DNA from: a plasmid
Direction: 5' to 3' (one strand)
DNA length: 64,000 nucleotides
Assembly (NCBI RefSeq): GCF_054482525.1
Contig: NZ_JBTHVG010000003.1
Shown: positions 22,941-35,475 of the stretch, one piece after another
Numbering within the stretch: position 1 is the stretch's first letter
Layout: each line of letters begins with the position of its first letter
Program-made: the position numbers and the translations under genes
The notes under the pieces: generated by a model
What the model saw: only the letters and a program-made list of their open reading frames with translations
Databases searched by the model: none
Told to the model about the DNA's origin: nothing

Positions 22941-23529
22941 CGCTGTACCAAATGCGGGACAACGTAAGCACTACATTTCGCTCATCGCCGGCCCAGTCGG
23001 GCTGCGAGTTCCATAGCTTCAAGGTTTCCCTCAGCGCCTCGAATAGATCCTGTTCAGGAACCGGGTCAAAGAATTCCTCCGCTGCCGGACCTACCAAGGC
23101 AACGCTATGTTCTCTTGCTTTTGTAAGCAGGATAGCTAGATCAATGTCGATCATGGCTGGCTCGAAGATACCCGCAAGAATGTCATTGCGCTGCCATTCT
23201 CCAAATTGCAGCTCGCGCTTAGCCGGATAACGCCACGGGATGATGTCGTCATGCACGACAAGGGTGACTTCTATAGCGCGGAGCGTCTCGCTCTCGCCAG
23301 GGAAAGCCGAAGCCTCCATAAGATCATTGAGCAATGCTCGCCGCGTCGTTTCATCAAGCTTTACGGCCACAGTAACCAACAAATCAATATCGCTGTATGG
23401 CTTCAGGCCGCCATCCACTGCGGAGCCGTACAAATGCACGGCCAGCAACGTTGATTCCAGATGGCGCTCAATGACGCTTAGCACCTCTGATAGTTGGTTC
23501 GAAATTTCGATGGTCACCGCTTCCCTCAT
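22941..23529 (-). pseudogene. aadA2: aadA2 aminoglycoside adenylyltransferase, 3'-truncated by IS26
   Basis: N-terminal ~196 aa match the AadA2 sequence as recalled (MREAVTIEISNQLSEVLSVIERHLEST...); sequence diverges after RIWYS at the IS26 junction. Confidence 0.85.
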
Positions 23530-23534
23530 GATGT

Positions 23535-23825
23535 CTAACGGGCGAGGTAAGCCGACCGCAGAATGCGGGTCGGCTTGACCGAAATGTTAGAACCAGAAGC
23601 CAAAACGGATAACTTGAATTTGGCGACGGGCGCTAACCGTGAAAAAACGCTGCGCCACCGAGGCGGCACAGCACTGCAAAAACGATAGCTGCTTGCGCTT
23701 GCTACGCAAGGGCTAGAGGCCAAAAAGACTGAAAACCTGCGCAGCCCATGCAGGCGAAGCCCGGAAAAAAGGCAAAACAGGCACTGAATAACGCCTGAAA
23801 AGCTAAATGCCGTTTGAATAAACAT
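23535..23825 (-). CDS. gcuF: gene cassette of unknown function (gcuF/orfF)
   Basis: 96-aa ORF lying between dfrA12 and aadA2 in the classic dfrA12-orfF-aadA2 array; assigned by position. Confidence 0.5.
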   Translation of the reverse strand: MFIQTAFSFSGVIQCLFCLFSGLRLHGLRRFSVFLASSPCVASASSYRFCSAVPPRWRSVFSRLAPVAKFKLSVLASGSNISVKPTRILRSAYLAR

Positions 23826-23936
23826 GAGCTAAATAAAGCTGGGTTTCAGTGGTGCTAACGTTGGACGTAACGAGAGCCGGAGCGCAGCGGAGGGAACCAA
23901 AATGCGCAGCATTTTGGCGTCCCGTTGACGGAATGG

Positions 23937-24434
23937 TTAGCCGTTTCGACGCGCATAAACGGAGTGGGTGTACGGAATTACAGCTTGAATGGTTTCGGTT
24001 GAGACAAGCTCGAATTCTGTTTCGTTGAGCATTGGGAAGAAGGCGTCACCCTCGAAGGTTTGATGTACCTCAGATAGAAACACGCCGTGGGCGTGAGGTA
24101 GTGCCAGAGTGTATATCTCAGCTCCGCCCGCGACGTAGAGTTCATTGCCGAGTTCGGATGCCAAAGCGATAGCGTGCGACAGCGTTGAAACAACTACGCA
24201 GCCAGTGGCGCGGTAGTTAGCTTGGCGTGAGATTACCAATGTGTGACGGTTCGGTAGAGGCTTGCCGATAGACTCAAAGGTCTTTCGCCCCATGACAACG
24301 ACTTTTCCCTCAGTGAGTCTGCGAAAAATCTTCTGCTCACCCGGAATTTTCCAGGGGATATTAGGACCATTGCCAATAACCCGATTGGCTCCCATCGCAG
24401 CAACGAGATAAATGCGTACTGATTCCGAGTTCAT
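23937..24434 (-). CDS. dfrA12: trimethoprim-resistant dihydrofolate reductase DfrA12
   Basis: 165-aa ORF matching the DfrA12 sequence as recalled; first cassette next to attI1. Confidence 0.9.
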   Translation of the reverse strand: MNSESVRIYLVAAMGANRVIGNGPNIPWKIPGEQKIFRRLTEGKVVVMGRKTFESIGKPLPNRHTLVISRQANYRATGCVVVSTLSHAIALASELGNELYVAGGAEIYTLALPHAHGVFLSEVHQTFEGDAFFPMLNETEFELVSTETIQAVIPYTHSVYARRNG

Positions 24435-24578
24435 ATGGCTAACTTTGTTTTAGGGCGACTGCCCTGCTGCGTAACATCGTTGCTGCTCCATAACATCAAA
24501 CATCGACCCACGGCGTAACGCGCTTGCTGCTTGGATGCCCGAGGCATAGACTGTACAAAAAAACAGTCATAACAAGCC
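24435..24578. promoter_or_regulatory. attI1 and cassette promoter region of a class 1 integron
   Basis: Position between the intI1 start and the first cassette; inferred, not motif-checked. Confidence 0.45.
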
Positions 24579-24775
24579 ATGAAAACCGCCACTGCGCCGT
24601 TACCACCGCTGCGTTCGGTCAAGGTTCTGGACCAGTTGCGTGAGCGCATACGCTACTTGCATTACAGTTTACGAACCGAACAGGCTTATGTCAACTGGGT
24701 TCGTGCCTTCATCCGTTTCCACGGTGTGCGTCACCCGGCAACCTTGGGCAGCAGCGAAGTCGAGGCATTTCTGTC
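24579..24775 (+). pseudogene. intI1: class 1 integrase IntI1, N-terminal ~65 codons, truncated by IS26
   Basis: [66 protein letters not shown] then IS26 at 24776. Confidence 0.85.
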
Positions 24776-25595
24776 GGCACTGTTGCAAATAGTCGGTGGT
24801 GATAAACTTATCATCCCCTTTTGCTGATGGAGCTGCACATGAACCCATTCAAAGGCCGGCATTTTCAGCGTGACATCATTCTGTGGGCCGTACGCTGGTA
24901 CTGCAAATACGGCATCAGTTACCGTGAGCTGCAGGAGATGCTGGCTGAACGCGGAGTGAATGTCGATCACTCCACGATTTACCGCTGGGTTCAGCGTTAT
25001 GCGCCTGAAATGGAAAAACGGCTGCGCTGGTACTGGCGTAACCCTTCCGATCTTTGCCCGTGGCACATGGATGAAACCTACGTGAAGGTCAATGGCCGCT
25101 GGGCGTATCTGTACCGGGCCGTCGACAGCCGGGGCCGCACTGTCGATTTTTATCTCTCCTCCCGTCGTAACAGCAAAGCTGCATACCGGTTTCTGGGTAA
25201 AATCCTCAACAACGTGAAGAAGTGGCAGATCCCGCGATTCATCAACACGGATAAAGCGCCCGCCTATGGTCGCGCGCTTGCTCTGCTCAAACGCGAAGGC
25301 CGGTGCCCGTCTGACGTTGAACACCGACAGATTAAGTACCGGAACAACGTGATTGAATGCGATCATGGCAAACTGAAACGGATAATCGGCGCCACGCTGG
25401 GATTTAAATCCATGAAGACGGCTTACGCCACCATCAAAGGTATTGAGGTGATGCGTGCACTACGCAAAGGCCAGGCCTCAGCATTTTATTATGGTGATCC
25501 CCTGGGCGAAATGCGCCTGGTAAGCAGAGTTTTTGAAATGTAAGGCCTTTGAATAAGACAAAAGGCTGCCTCATCGCTAACTTTGCAACAGTGCC
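24776..25595 (+). mobile_element. tnp26: IS26 copy 2 (canonical), left arm of a Tn4352-like unit
   Basis: 820 bp with 14-bp terminal repeats; Tnp26 coding 24839-25543; Gly184. Confidence 0.95.
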
Positions 25596-25732
25596 AATTT
25601 ATGAGTAAAGGATTATGTCCACGATAAGCACCTGGGTCGATTCCTGGGAGGCGGCCATGAGGGTAGGGAAGCGCCGTCCCGTCAAGTCAGCGTAATGCTC
25701 TGCCAGTGTTACAACCAATTAACCAATTCTGA

Positions 25733-26548
25733 TTAGAAAAACTCATCGAGCATCAAATGAAACTGCAATTTATTCATATCAGGATTATCAATACCATATT
25801 TTTGAAAAAGCCGTTTCTGTAATGAAGGAGAAAACTCACCGAGGCAGTTCCATAGGATGGCAAGATCCTGGTATCGGTCTGCGATTCCGACTCGTCCAAC
25901 ATCAATACAACCTATTAATTTCCCCTCGTCAAAAATAAGGTTATCAAGTGAGAAATCACCATGAGTGACGACTGAATCCGGTGAGAATGGCAAAAGCTTA
26001 TGCATTTCTTTCCAGACTTGTTCAACAGGCCAGCCATTACGCTCGTCATCAAAATCACTCGCATCAACCAAACCGTTATTCATTCGTGATTGCGCCTGAG
26101 CGAGACGAAATACGCGATCGCTGTTAAAAGGACAATTACAAACAGGAATCGAATGCAACCGGCGCAGGAACACTGCCAGCGCATCAACAATATTTTCACC
26201 TGAATCAGGATATTCTTCTAATACCTGGAATGCTGTTTTCCCGGGGATCGCAGTGGTGAGTAACCATGCATCATCAGGAGTACGGATAAAATGCTTGATG
26301 GTCGGAAGAGGCATAAATTCCGTCAGCCAGTTTAGTCTGACCATCTCATCTGTAACATCATTGGCAACGCTACCTTTGCCATGTTTCAGAAACAACTCTG
26401 GCGCATCGGGCTTCCCATACAATCGATAGATTGTCGCACCTGATTGCCCGACATTATCGCGAGCCCATTTATACCCATATAAATCAGCATCCATGTTGGA
26501 ATTTAATCGCGGCCTCGAGCAAGACGTTTCCCGTTGAATATGGCTCAT
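25733..26548 (-). CDS. aph(3')-Ia: aminoglycoside 3'-phosphotransferase APH(3')-Ia
   Basis: 271-aa ORF matching the Tn903 kanamycin phosphotransferase sequence as recalled. Confidence 0.95.
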   Translation of the reverse strand: MSHIQRETSCSRPRLNSNMDADLYGYKWARDNVGQSGATIYRLYGKPDAPELFLKHGKGSVANDVTDEMVRLNWLTEFMPLPTIKHFIRTPDDAWLLTTAIPGKTAFQVLEEYPDSGENIVDALAVFLRRLHSIPVCNCPFNSDRVFRLAQAQSRMNNGLVDASDFDDERNGWPVEQVWKEMHKLLPFSPDSVVTHGDFSLDNLIFDEGKLIGCIDVGRVGIADRYQDLAILWNCLGEFSPSLQKRLFQKYGIDNPDMNKLQFHLMLDEFF

Positions 26549-26635
26549 AACACCCCTTGTATTACTGTTTATGTAAGCAGACAGTTTTATTGTTCATGAT
26601 GATATATTTTTATCTTGTGCAATGTAACATCAGAG

Positions 26636-27455
26636 GGCACTGTTGCAAATAGTCGGTGGTGATAAACTTATCATCCCCTTTTGCTGATGGAGCTGCACAT
26701 GAACCCATTCAAAGGCCGGCATTTTCAGCGTGACATCATTCTGTGGGCCGTACGCTGGTACTGCAAATACGGCATCAGTTACCGTGAGCTGCAGGAGATG
26801 CTGGCTGAACGCGGAGTGAATGTCGATCACTCCACGATTTACCGCTGGGTTCAGCGTTATGCGCCTGAAATGGAAAAACGGCTGCGCTGGTACTGGCGTA
26901 ACCCTTCCGATCTTTGCCCGTGGCACATGGATGAAACCTACGTGAAGGTCAATGGCCGCTGGGCGTATCTGTACCGGGCCGTCGACAGCCGGGGCCGCAC
27001 TGTCGATTTTTATCTCTCCTCCCGTCGTAACAGCAAAGCTGCATACCGGTTTCTGGGTAAAATCCTCAACAACGTGAAGAAGTGGCAGATCCCGCGATTC
27101 ATCAACACGGATAAAGCGCCCGCCTATGGTCGCGCGCTTGCTCTGCTCAAACGCGAAGGCCGGTGCCCGTCTGACGTTGAACACCGACAGATTAAGTACC
27201 GGAACAACGTGATTGAATGCGATCATGGCAAACTGAAACGGATAATCGGCGCCACGCTGGGATTTAAATCCATGAAGACGGCTTACGCCACCATCAAAGG
27301 TATTGAGGTGATGCGTGCACTACGCAAAGGCCAGGCCTCAGCATTTTATTATGGTGATCCCCTGGGCGAAATGCGCCTGGTAAGCAGAGTTTTTGAAATG
27401 TAAGGCCTTTGAATAAGACAAAAGGCTGCCTCATCGCTAACTTTGCAACAGTGCC
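26636..27455 (+). mobile_element. tnp26: IS26 copy 3 (canonical), right arm of a Tn4352-like unit
   Basis: 820 bp; Tnp26 coding 26699-27403; Gly184; direct orientation with copy 2, total span 2680 bp. Confidence 0.95.
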
Positions 27456-27664
27456 ATAAGAATATCATCAATAAAATTGAGTGTTGCTCTGTGGATAACT
27501 TGCAGAGTTTATTAAGTATCATTGCAGCAAAGATGAAATCAATGATTTATCAAAAATGATTGAAAGGTGGTTGTAAATAATGTTACAATGTGTGAGAAGC
27601 AGTCTAAATTCTTCGTGAAATAGTGATTTTTGAAGCTAATAAAAAACACACGTGGAATTTAGGG
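27456..27664 (+). mobile_element. ISEcp1 3'-end remnant with right IR, truncated by IS26
   Basis: Ends in ACGTGGAATTTAGGG followed by a ~41-bp spacer before blaCTX-M, the usual ISEcp1 promoter-providing arrangement. Confidence 0.8.
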
Positions 27665-27687
27665 AATACTGATGTAACACGGATTGA

Positions 27688-28581
<894 letters not shown>

Positions 28582-28583
28582 CT

Positions 28584-28932
28584 GGTTTTGTTGAATAAAT
28601 CGAACTTTTGCTGAGTTGAAGGATCAGATCACGTATCTTCCCGACAACGCAGACCGTTCCGTGGCAAAGCAAAAGTTCAAAATCACCAACTGGCCCACCT
28701 ACAATAAAGCCCTCATCAACCGTGGCTCCATAACTTTCTGGCTGGATGATGAAGCTATTCAGGCCTGGTATGAGTCAGCAACACCTTCTTCACGAGGCAG
28801 ACCTCAGCGCTATTCTGACCTTGCCATCACGACTGTGCTGGTCATTAAACGCGTATTCAGGCTGACCCTGCGCGCTGCGCAGGGCTTTATTGATTCCATT
28901 TTTTCTCTGATGAACGTTCCGCTACGCTGCCC
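28584..28932 (+). mobile_element. IS903-like fragment (left IR plus transposase N-terminus)
   Basis: Begins GGTTTTGTTGAATAAATCG; encodes MKDQITYLPDNADRSVAKQKF..., the IS903 transposase N-terminus; breaks off near 28932. Confidence 0.8.
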
Positions 28933-29192
28933 GGTGTAATGTCGGTGCTGATTTGGTCTTCAATAAGGCGATTTTTAGCCCGCTTTTTCCGGGGGGATGA
29001 AATGTTATTGGATTGCTAAATGATTTCAAAAAAGGGGTAACATAGAGCGGGGATTAGTGTGGCGAGGCGCAGGTTTCCGATGGCAGGCTAAACGCAAAAA
29101 ATGCGCTTTTTAGCCGGTGATGAGGTGAGGCCGGGAGGGGATGCGTCGCCGATCACAGTTTACAACAGGGTTTGATAACGGGAGGAAAAGTC

Positions 29193-29609
29193 ATGCTGCA
29201 GGGATTGAATCATCTGACGCTGGCGGTCAGCGATCTGGCGTCAAGCCTGGCATTTTATCAGCAGTTACCTGGAATGCGCCTGCACGCCAGCTGGGATAGC
29301 GGAGCCTATCTCTCCTGTGGGGCGCTGTGGCTGTGCTTGTCGCTGGATGAGCAGCGGCGTAAAACGCCCCCTCAGGAAAGCGACTATACCCACTACGCCT
29401 TCAGCGTGGCGGAAGAAGAGTTTGCCGGGGTGGTGGCTCTGCTGGCGCAGGCGGGGGCTGAGGTATGGAAAGATAACCACAGTGAAGGGGCGTCTTACTA
29501 TTTTCTCGACCCTGACGGCCATAAGCTGGAGCTGCATGTGGGGAATCTGGCGCAGCGGCTGGCCGCCTGTCGCGAACGCCCCTACAAGGGGATGGTCTTT
29601 TTTGATTGA
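29193..29609 (+). CDS. fosA3: fosfomycin-resistance glutathione transferase FosA3
   Basis: Start at internal Met ([15 protein letters not shown]...); 138-aa product matching FosA3 as recalled. Confidence 0.85.
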   Translation: MLQGLNHLTLAVSDLASSLAFYQQLPGMRLHASWDSGAYLSCGALWLCLSLDEQRRKTPPQESDYTHYAFSVAEEEFAGVVALLAQAGAEVWKDNHSEGASYYFLDPDGHKLELHVGNLAQRLAACRERPYKGMVFFD

Positions 29610-29613
29610 CGGG

Positions 29614-30132
29614 TTAGTTCAGCTTACTGCCGGATTTCAACGTGCAGATCCACAGCGGTGAATTGATAGAGCTGAGCAAGATAGCCTTTTCGTTGAGCTT
29701 CTGAGCGTTGAGAAACAGCCCGTCGTGGCTGTCGGACATCTCGCGCATAAAGTAGTCGAAAATCACGTTCGGCGATTCATCAATCGAGGAGGCGCTCGAT
29801 TCCCACTGATTGATGCGGTAATGACGCTCGGTGGCCGAGATGCGTTTGCTGCTGTAGGTAAACTTCACGTAGCGTTGCAGGTAGAGCCAGCCGGCGGCGG
29901 AGTCGGTGTAACCTTCGACCACCATCGAGCCTTTACCCTGCGCGCCAAAATTGAAGTGAATATTGCCGTTAACGTTCTCTTTGTCCATGTTCTCAAAGCG
30001 CATGATGCCCTTAGTGGAACAGCTCATGACACCCGCGTTGTCGGCAGGCAGCAGCCGCCAGGCGCTAAACGCGGCGGCGGCAATAAATACCAGAACGCAG
30101 AGGGCAAAGAACGGACGCGGCGCGAGTCTCAT
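29614..30132 (-). CDS. hypothetical exported protein linked to fosA3
   Basis: 172-aa ORF with N-terminal signal/TM segment, in the position of orf1 of the fosA3 module. Confidence 0.5.
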   Translation of the reverse strand: MRLAPRPFFALCVLVFIAAAAFSAWRLLPADNAGVMSCSTKGIMRFENMDKENVNGNIHFNFGAQGKGSMVVEGYTDSAAGWLYLQRYVKFTYSSKRISATERHYRINQWESSASSIDESPNVIFDYFMREMSDSHDGLFLNAQKLNEKAILLSSINSPLWICTLKSGSKLN

Positions 30133-30831
30133 TACGGCTTCCAGGAGTAGTAAAAGTAGTTATCGCAATAGCTGAACGGGTTATCTTCATGCATGGCGCA
30201 GTGGGCAAGGAACACGCGCCCCAGCCCGTTGGTTTCGAGCCGATCGCCGTAGAAGAAAAGAAAACGTTCACCGGGTTTACAGGCAATATTCAGCCGCTGG
30301 CGTACCTCATCGAAGTTTTTGCCGTAGGACTCTTCACTGACCGAACGTCGCATTTCATCGCTGGCCAGCAGTTCGCACTGGCTATGGCTGAGGCGGGTCA
30401 GCGCGATAGGCTGGGATTCACTGATGCCGACCAGACTGAAGGCAACCAGAAGCAGGGCAATGGTGAGCAAGCAGGCTCCGGCCATGTACCAGCACATCCC
30501 GCGAGCATGTGCGGAGCGCGGTGCGTCTGGCGTTGTCGTAACGGGCGGCGGTTCGGCAGGCGTCTGTTGTGGTGAAACCGGCGGCGCGTCGTCCAGCGCT
30601 TCGATAATGACCTCGGGATTAAGCTGCAAATAGCCGCGCGAGACGGTGACGATGATGTTATCGACGCCGTAATGGCGAAAGGTCTTCCGCAGCATGCTGA
30701 GATACTGATTCAGATTGCTGTTGGATGAGGTTAATCCATTGTCATCCCAGACTTTTTTCAGAACATCTTCCCGGCTGACAATCTCGGTATGGCGCAGAAA
30801 ATAGTTAAACAGGGCGCTGGCGGTGAGGGAT
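30132..30831 (-). pseudogene. winged-helix regulator gene, 5'-truncated by IS26
   Basis: ORF N-terminus MNKTKGCLIANFATVP is encoded inside IS26 copy 4; the native part has a transmembrane segment and a C-terminal DNA-binding-like region. Confidence 0.5.
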
Positions 30832-31651
30832 GGCACTGTTGCAAAGTTAGCGATGAGGCAGCCTTTTGTCTTATTCAAAGGCCTTACATTTCAAAAACTC
30901 TGCTTACCAGGCGCATTTCGCCCAGGGGATCACCATAATAAAATGCTGAGGCCTGGCCTTTGCGTAGTGCACGCATCACCTCAATACCTTTGATGGTGGC
31001 GTAAGCCGTCTTCATGGATTTAAATCCCAGCGTGGCGCCGATTATCCGTTTCAGTTTGCCATGATCGCATTCAATCACGTTGTTCCGGTACTTAATCTGT
31101 CGGTGTTCAACGTCAGACGGGCACCGGCCTTCGCGTTTGAGCAGAGCAAGCGCGCGACCATAGGCGGGCGCTTTATCCGTGTTGATGAATCGCGGGATCT
31201 GCCACTTCTTCACGTTGTTGAGGATTTTACCCAGAAACCGGTATGCAGCTTTGCTGTTACGACGGGAGGAGAGATAAAAATCGACAGTGCGGCCCCGGCT
31301 GTCGACGGCCCGGTACAGATACGCCCAGCGGCCATTGACCTTCACGTAGGTTTCATCCATGTGCCACGGGCAAAGATCGGAAGGGTTACGCCAGTACCAG
31401 CGCAGCCGTTTTTCCATTTCAGGCGCATAACGCTGAACCCAGCGGTAAATCGTGGAGTGATCGACATTCACTCCGCGTTCAGCCAGCATCTCCTGCAGCT
31501 CACGGTAACTGATGCCGTATTTGCAGTACCAGCGTACGGCCCACAGAATGATGTCACGCTGAAAATGCCGGCCTTTGAATGGGTTCATGTGCAGCTCCAT
31601 CAGCAAAAGGGGATGATAAGTTTATCACCACCGACTATTTGCAACAGTGCC
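30832..31651 (-). mobile_element. tnp26: IS26 copy 4 (canonical)
   Basis: 820 bp; Tnp26 coding 30884-31588 on minus strand; Gly184. Confidence 0.95.
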
Positions 31652-31801
31652 CGTCATACTTTCGCCTTCATGATCTGCAACGAGTTGATCAATAATAAGC
31701 GAAATTCGATAACGAAATTCGATATAAATCTAGAAAAAAATACCTCTATGTGTACTACGCAGTTTTAGCTGTGGCTTTCACAGGAGCACGCTTACTTACG
31801 G

Positions 31802-31839
31802 CTTAGCGTGCTTTATTTTCCGTTTTCTGAGGCGATCCC
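31802..31839. repeat. Tn21-subgroup-like 38-bp terminal inverted repeat
   Basis: Reverse complement reads GGGATCGCCTCAGAAAACGGAAAATAAAGCACGCTAAG, close to the Tn21 IR as recalled; abuts the orf5 break point. Confidence 0.5.
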
Positions 31840-32016
31840 TAGGAGCTCGGATCTCAGGACGAAGGTCTCCGCGAATGTCCGGTCGATCCGCGCGACGTCC
31901 CAGGCGGGCGTTCCCTTGGCGGACATCCACGCCGCAGCGTCGTGCATCAGCCGCACAACCTCGTCGATATCACCCGAGCAGGCGACCCGAACGTTCGGAG
32001 GCTCCTCGCTGTCCAT
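31840..32016 (-). pseudogene. orf5 (GNAT family) of the class 1 integron 3' conserved segment, truncated
   Basis: MDSEEPPNVRVACSGDIDEVVRLMHDAAAWMSAKGTPAWDVARIDRTFAETFVLRSELL then divergence. Confidence 0.7.
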
Positions 32017-32143
32017 TCGCTCCCCTGGCGCGGTATGAACCGCCGCCTCATAGTGCAGTTTGATCCTGACGAGCCCAGCATGTCTGCGCCCACCTTCGCG
32101 GAACCTGACCAGGGTCCGCTAGCGGGCGGCCGGAAGGTGAATG

Positions 32144-32983
32144 CTAGGCATGATCTAACCCTCGGTCTCTGGCGTCGCGACTGCGAAATTTCGCGAGGGT
32201 TTCCGAGAAGGTGATTGCGCTTCGCAGATCTCCAGGCGCGTGGGTGCGGACGTAGTCAGCGCCATTGCCGATCGCGTGAAGTTCCGCCGCAAGGCTCGCT
32301 GGACCCAGATCCTTTACAGGAAGGCCAACGGTGGCGCCCAAGAAGGATTTCCGCGACACCGAGACCAATAGCGGAAGCCCCAACGCCGACTTCAGCTTTT
32401 GAAGGTTCGACAGCACGTGCAGCGATGTTTCCGGTGCGGGGCTCAAGAAAAATCCCATCCCCGGATCGAGGATGAGCCGGTCGGCAGCGACCCCGCTCCG
32501 TCGCAAGGCGGAAACCCGCGCCTCGAAGAACCGCACAATCTCGTCGAGCGCGTCTTCGGGTCGAAGGTGACCGGTGCGGGTGGCGATGCCATCCCGCTGC
32601 GCTGAGTGCATAACCACCAGCCTGCAGTCCGCCTCAGCAATATCGGGATAGAGCGCAGGGTCAGGAAATCCTTGGATATCGTTCAGGTAGCCCACGCCGC
32701 GCTTGAGCGCATAGCGCTGGGTTTCCGGTTGGAAGCTGTCGATTGAAACACGGTGCATCTGATCGGACAGGGCGTCTAAGAGCGGCGCAATACGTCTGAT
32801 CTCATCGGCCGGCGATACAGGCCTCGCGTCCGGATGGCTGGCGGCCGGTCCGACATCCACGACGTCTGATCCGACTCGCAGCATTTCGATCGCCGCGGTG
32901 ACAGCGCCGGCGGGGTCTAGCCGCCGGCTCTCATCGAAGAAGGAGTCCTCGGTGAGATTCAGAATGCCGAACACCGTCACCAT
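32144..32983 (-). CDS. sul1: sulfonamide-resistant dihydropteroate synthase Sul1
   Basis: 279-aa product from internal Met [26 protein letters not shown]..., matching Sul1 as recalled. Confidence 0.95.
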   Translation of the reverse strand: MVTVFGILNLTEDSFFDESRRLDPAGAVTAAIEMLRVGSDVVDVGPAASHPDARPVSPADEIRRIAPLLDALSDQMHRVSIDSFQPETQRYALKRGVGYLNDIQGFPDPALYPDIAEADCRLVVMHSAQRDGIATRTGHLRPEDALDEIVRFFEARVSALRRSGVAADRLILDPGMGFFLSPAPETSLHVLSNLQKLKSALGLPLLVSVSRKSFLGATVGLPVKDLGPASLAAELHAIGNGADYVRTHAPGDLRSAITFSETLAKFRSRDARDRGLDHA

Positions 32984-33185
32984 GGCGTCGGCCTCCGCAG
33001 CGACTTCCACGATGGGGATCGGGCGAGCAAAAAGGCAGCAATTATGAGCCCCATACCTACAAAGCCCCACGCATCAAGCTTTTGCCCATGAAGCAACCAG
33101 GCAATGGCTGTAATTATGACGACGCCGAGTCCCGACCAGACTGCATAAGCAACACCGACAGGGATGGATTTCAGAACCAGAGAAC
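32977..33185 (-). pseudogene. qacEdelta1: qacEdelta1 efflux gene, additionally 5'-truncated
   Basis: C-terminal ~68 aa match QacEdelta1 ([22 protein letters not shown]...); stop overlaps the sul1 start as usual; N-terminal part replaced. Confidence 0.75.
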
Positions 33186-33189
33186 ATGT

Positions 33190-33327
33190 CATTGTACTGG
33201 AAGGCGCATTACAACTGCGGCTGGGGGATGAGTGGCACACCGTTTCTGCCGGGGAATCCCTGCGCTTCCATGCGGATATCCCGCACGCTTACGCCAATCC
33301 CGGTAAGGCCATTGTGACAGGGGTCTG
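33190..33327 (+). pseudogene. C-terminal fragment of a cupin-domain protein gene
   Basis: Hand translation ...[43 protein letters not shown], with the stop supplied inside the Tn2/Tn3 IR. Confidence 0.4.
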
Positions 33328-33357
33328 ACGCTCAGTGGAACGAAAACTCACGTTAAG
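33320..33357. repeat. Tn2/Tn3 38-bp terminal inverted repeat
   Basis: GGGGTCTGACGCTCAGTGGAACGAAAACTCACGTTAAG. Confidence 0.85.
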
Positions 33358-34655
33358 CAACGTTTTCTGCCTCTGACGCCTCTTTTAATGGTCTCAGATG
33401 TCCTTTGGTCACCAGTTCTGCCAGCGTGAAGGAATAATGGCCGAGCATATTGATATGTCCGTGGCAAAGCGGGGAGAGGCGTGCGATATCTTCATCATTC
33501 AGTGTTTCACCCTGCGCCCGGAGATGATCCAGGGCTGCCTGCATATAAATAGTGTTCCATAACACGACGGCGTTAGTGACCAGCCCCAGTGTGCCCAGTT
33601 GATCTTCCTGACCGTCGGTATATCGTTTTCTTATCTCACCTTTTTGACCGTGACAGATGGCTCTGGCAACGGCATGGCGACTTTCTCCCCGATTAAGCTG
33701 GGTCAGAATGCGCCGGCGGTAATCTTCATCATCAATATAATTAAGCAGATACAGCGTTTTGTTGATGCGCCCCACTTCAATGATTGCCTGAGTCAGTCCG
33801 GAAGGACGTTCACTTTTCAGCAATGAACGGACCAGCACTGAAACCTGTACTTTGCCCAGCTTCAGGGAGCCAGCGGTCCGGATCATTTCGTCCCACTGAA
33901 GGACTATTTTTCGGGGATCTGATTGCCCTCTGGCAATATCATTCAGCACGCCATAGTCGGCATCATGGTCCATTCGCCAGAAAACCGAAGCACCGGCATC
34001 AGCCAGGCGTGGAGAAAACTGGTATCCCAGCAGCCAGAAAAGGCCAAAGACAAGTTCGCTGGCACCTGCTGTATCGGTCATAATTTCGGTTGGATTCAGC
34101 CCGGTCTCCTGTTCCAGAAGACCTTCCAGCACAAAGATAGAGTCCCTCAGCGTCCCCGGTATAACGATGCCATGAAAGCCGGAATACTGATCGGACACAA
34201 AGTTGTACCAGGTGATCCCTCTGTTATTACCAAAGTATTTGCGGTTCGGTCCGGCATTGATTGTTCTGACTGGCGTAACAAAGCGCATTCCATCTGCAGA
34301 TGCCACTTCTCCTCCACCCCATATCTGTGCCAGTGGCAGCGTTGCCTGAAAATCAACCAGTCTGGCATTAGCGCTGGTGATAGTTTCAGCCCGCAGATAG
34401 TTCGCTTTTGTCCAGTTCAGCCGGTGTCGGGTCAGTGCAGGAACATTTGATCTGATCAGTGGTTCCAGACCGATATTGCAGGCTTCAGCCATCAGCACGG
34501 CGCTGATGCTGACGGGCAGATCATCAACTCTGGCACTGGCTTCACTAGCATGGAAAAACTCATCAGCAAATCCGGTATGGGCGTTAATTTCGAGCAGCAA
34601 CTCCGTTAAATCCACCGGAGGGAGTAGATCACTGATCATTTTGCTCAGTCGTTTC
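33353..34655 (-). pseudogene. tnpA: Tn2/Tn3 transposase, 3' fragment truncated by IS26
   Basis: 435-aa ORF with Tn3-type TnpA C-terminal sequence ending at the IR; cut at 34656 by IS26 copy 5. Confidence 0.85.
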
Positions 34656-35475
34656 GGCACTGTTGCAAATAGTCGGTGGTGATAAACTTATCATCCCCTT
34701 TTGCTGATGGAGCTGCACATGAACCCATTCAAAGGCCGGCATTTTCAGCGTGACATCATTCTGTGGGCCGTACGCTGGTACTGCAAATACGGCATCAGTT
34801 ACCGTGAGCTGCAGGAGATGCTGGCTGAACGCGGAGTGAATGTCGATCACTCCACGATTTACCGCTGGGTTCAGCGTTATGCGCCTGAAATGGAAAAACG
34901 GCTGCGCTGGTACTGGCGTAACCCTTCCGATCTTTGCCCGTGGCACATGGATGAAACCTACGTGAAGGTCAATGGCCGCTGGGCGTATCTGTACCGGGCC
35001 GTCGACAGCCGGGGCCGCACTGTCGATTTTTATCTCTCCTCCCGTCGTAACAGCAAAGCTGCATACCGGTTTCTGGGTAAAATCCTCAACAACGTGAAGA
35101 AGTGGCAGATCCCACGATTCATCAACACGGATAAAGCGCCCGCCTATGGTCGCGCGCTTGCTCTGCTCAAACGCGAAGGCCGGTGCCCGTCTGACGTTGA
35201 ACACCGACAGATTAAGTACCGGAACAACGTGATTGAATGCGATCATGGCAAACTGAAACGGATAATCAACGCCACGCTGGGATTTAAATCCATGAAGACG
35301 GCTTACGCCACCATCAAAGGTATTGAGGTGATGCGTGCACTACGCAAAGGCCAGGCCTCAGCATTTTATTATGGTGATCCCCTGGGCGAAATGCGCCTGG
35401 TAAGCAGAGTTTTTGAAATGTAAGGCCTTTGAATAAGACAAAAGGCTGCCTCATCGCTAACTTTGCAACAGTGCC
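34656..35475 (+). mobile_element. tnp26: IS26 copy 5 (Tnp26 G184N variant)
   Basis: 820 bp; Tnp26 coding 34719-35423; RIINATLGF instead of RIIGATLGF, plus one silent change. Confidence 0.95.

Noticed and set aside
24579-24827. 82-aa plus-strand ORF as a novel small gene
   Set aside because: It is the IntI1 N-terminus reading through into IS26; the last residues are IS26-derived.
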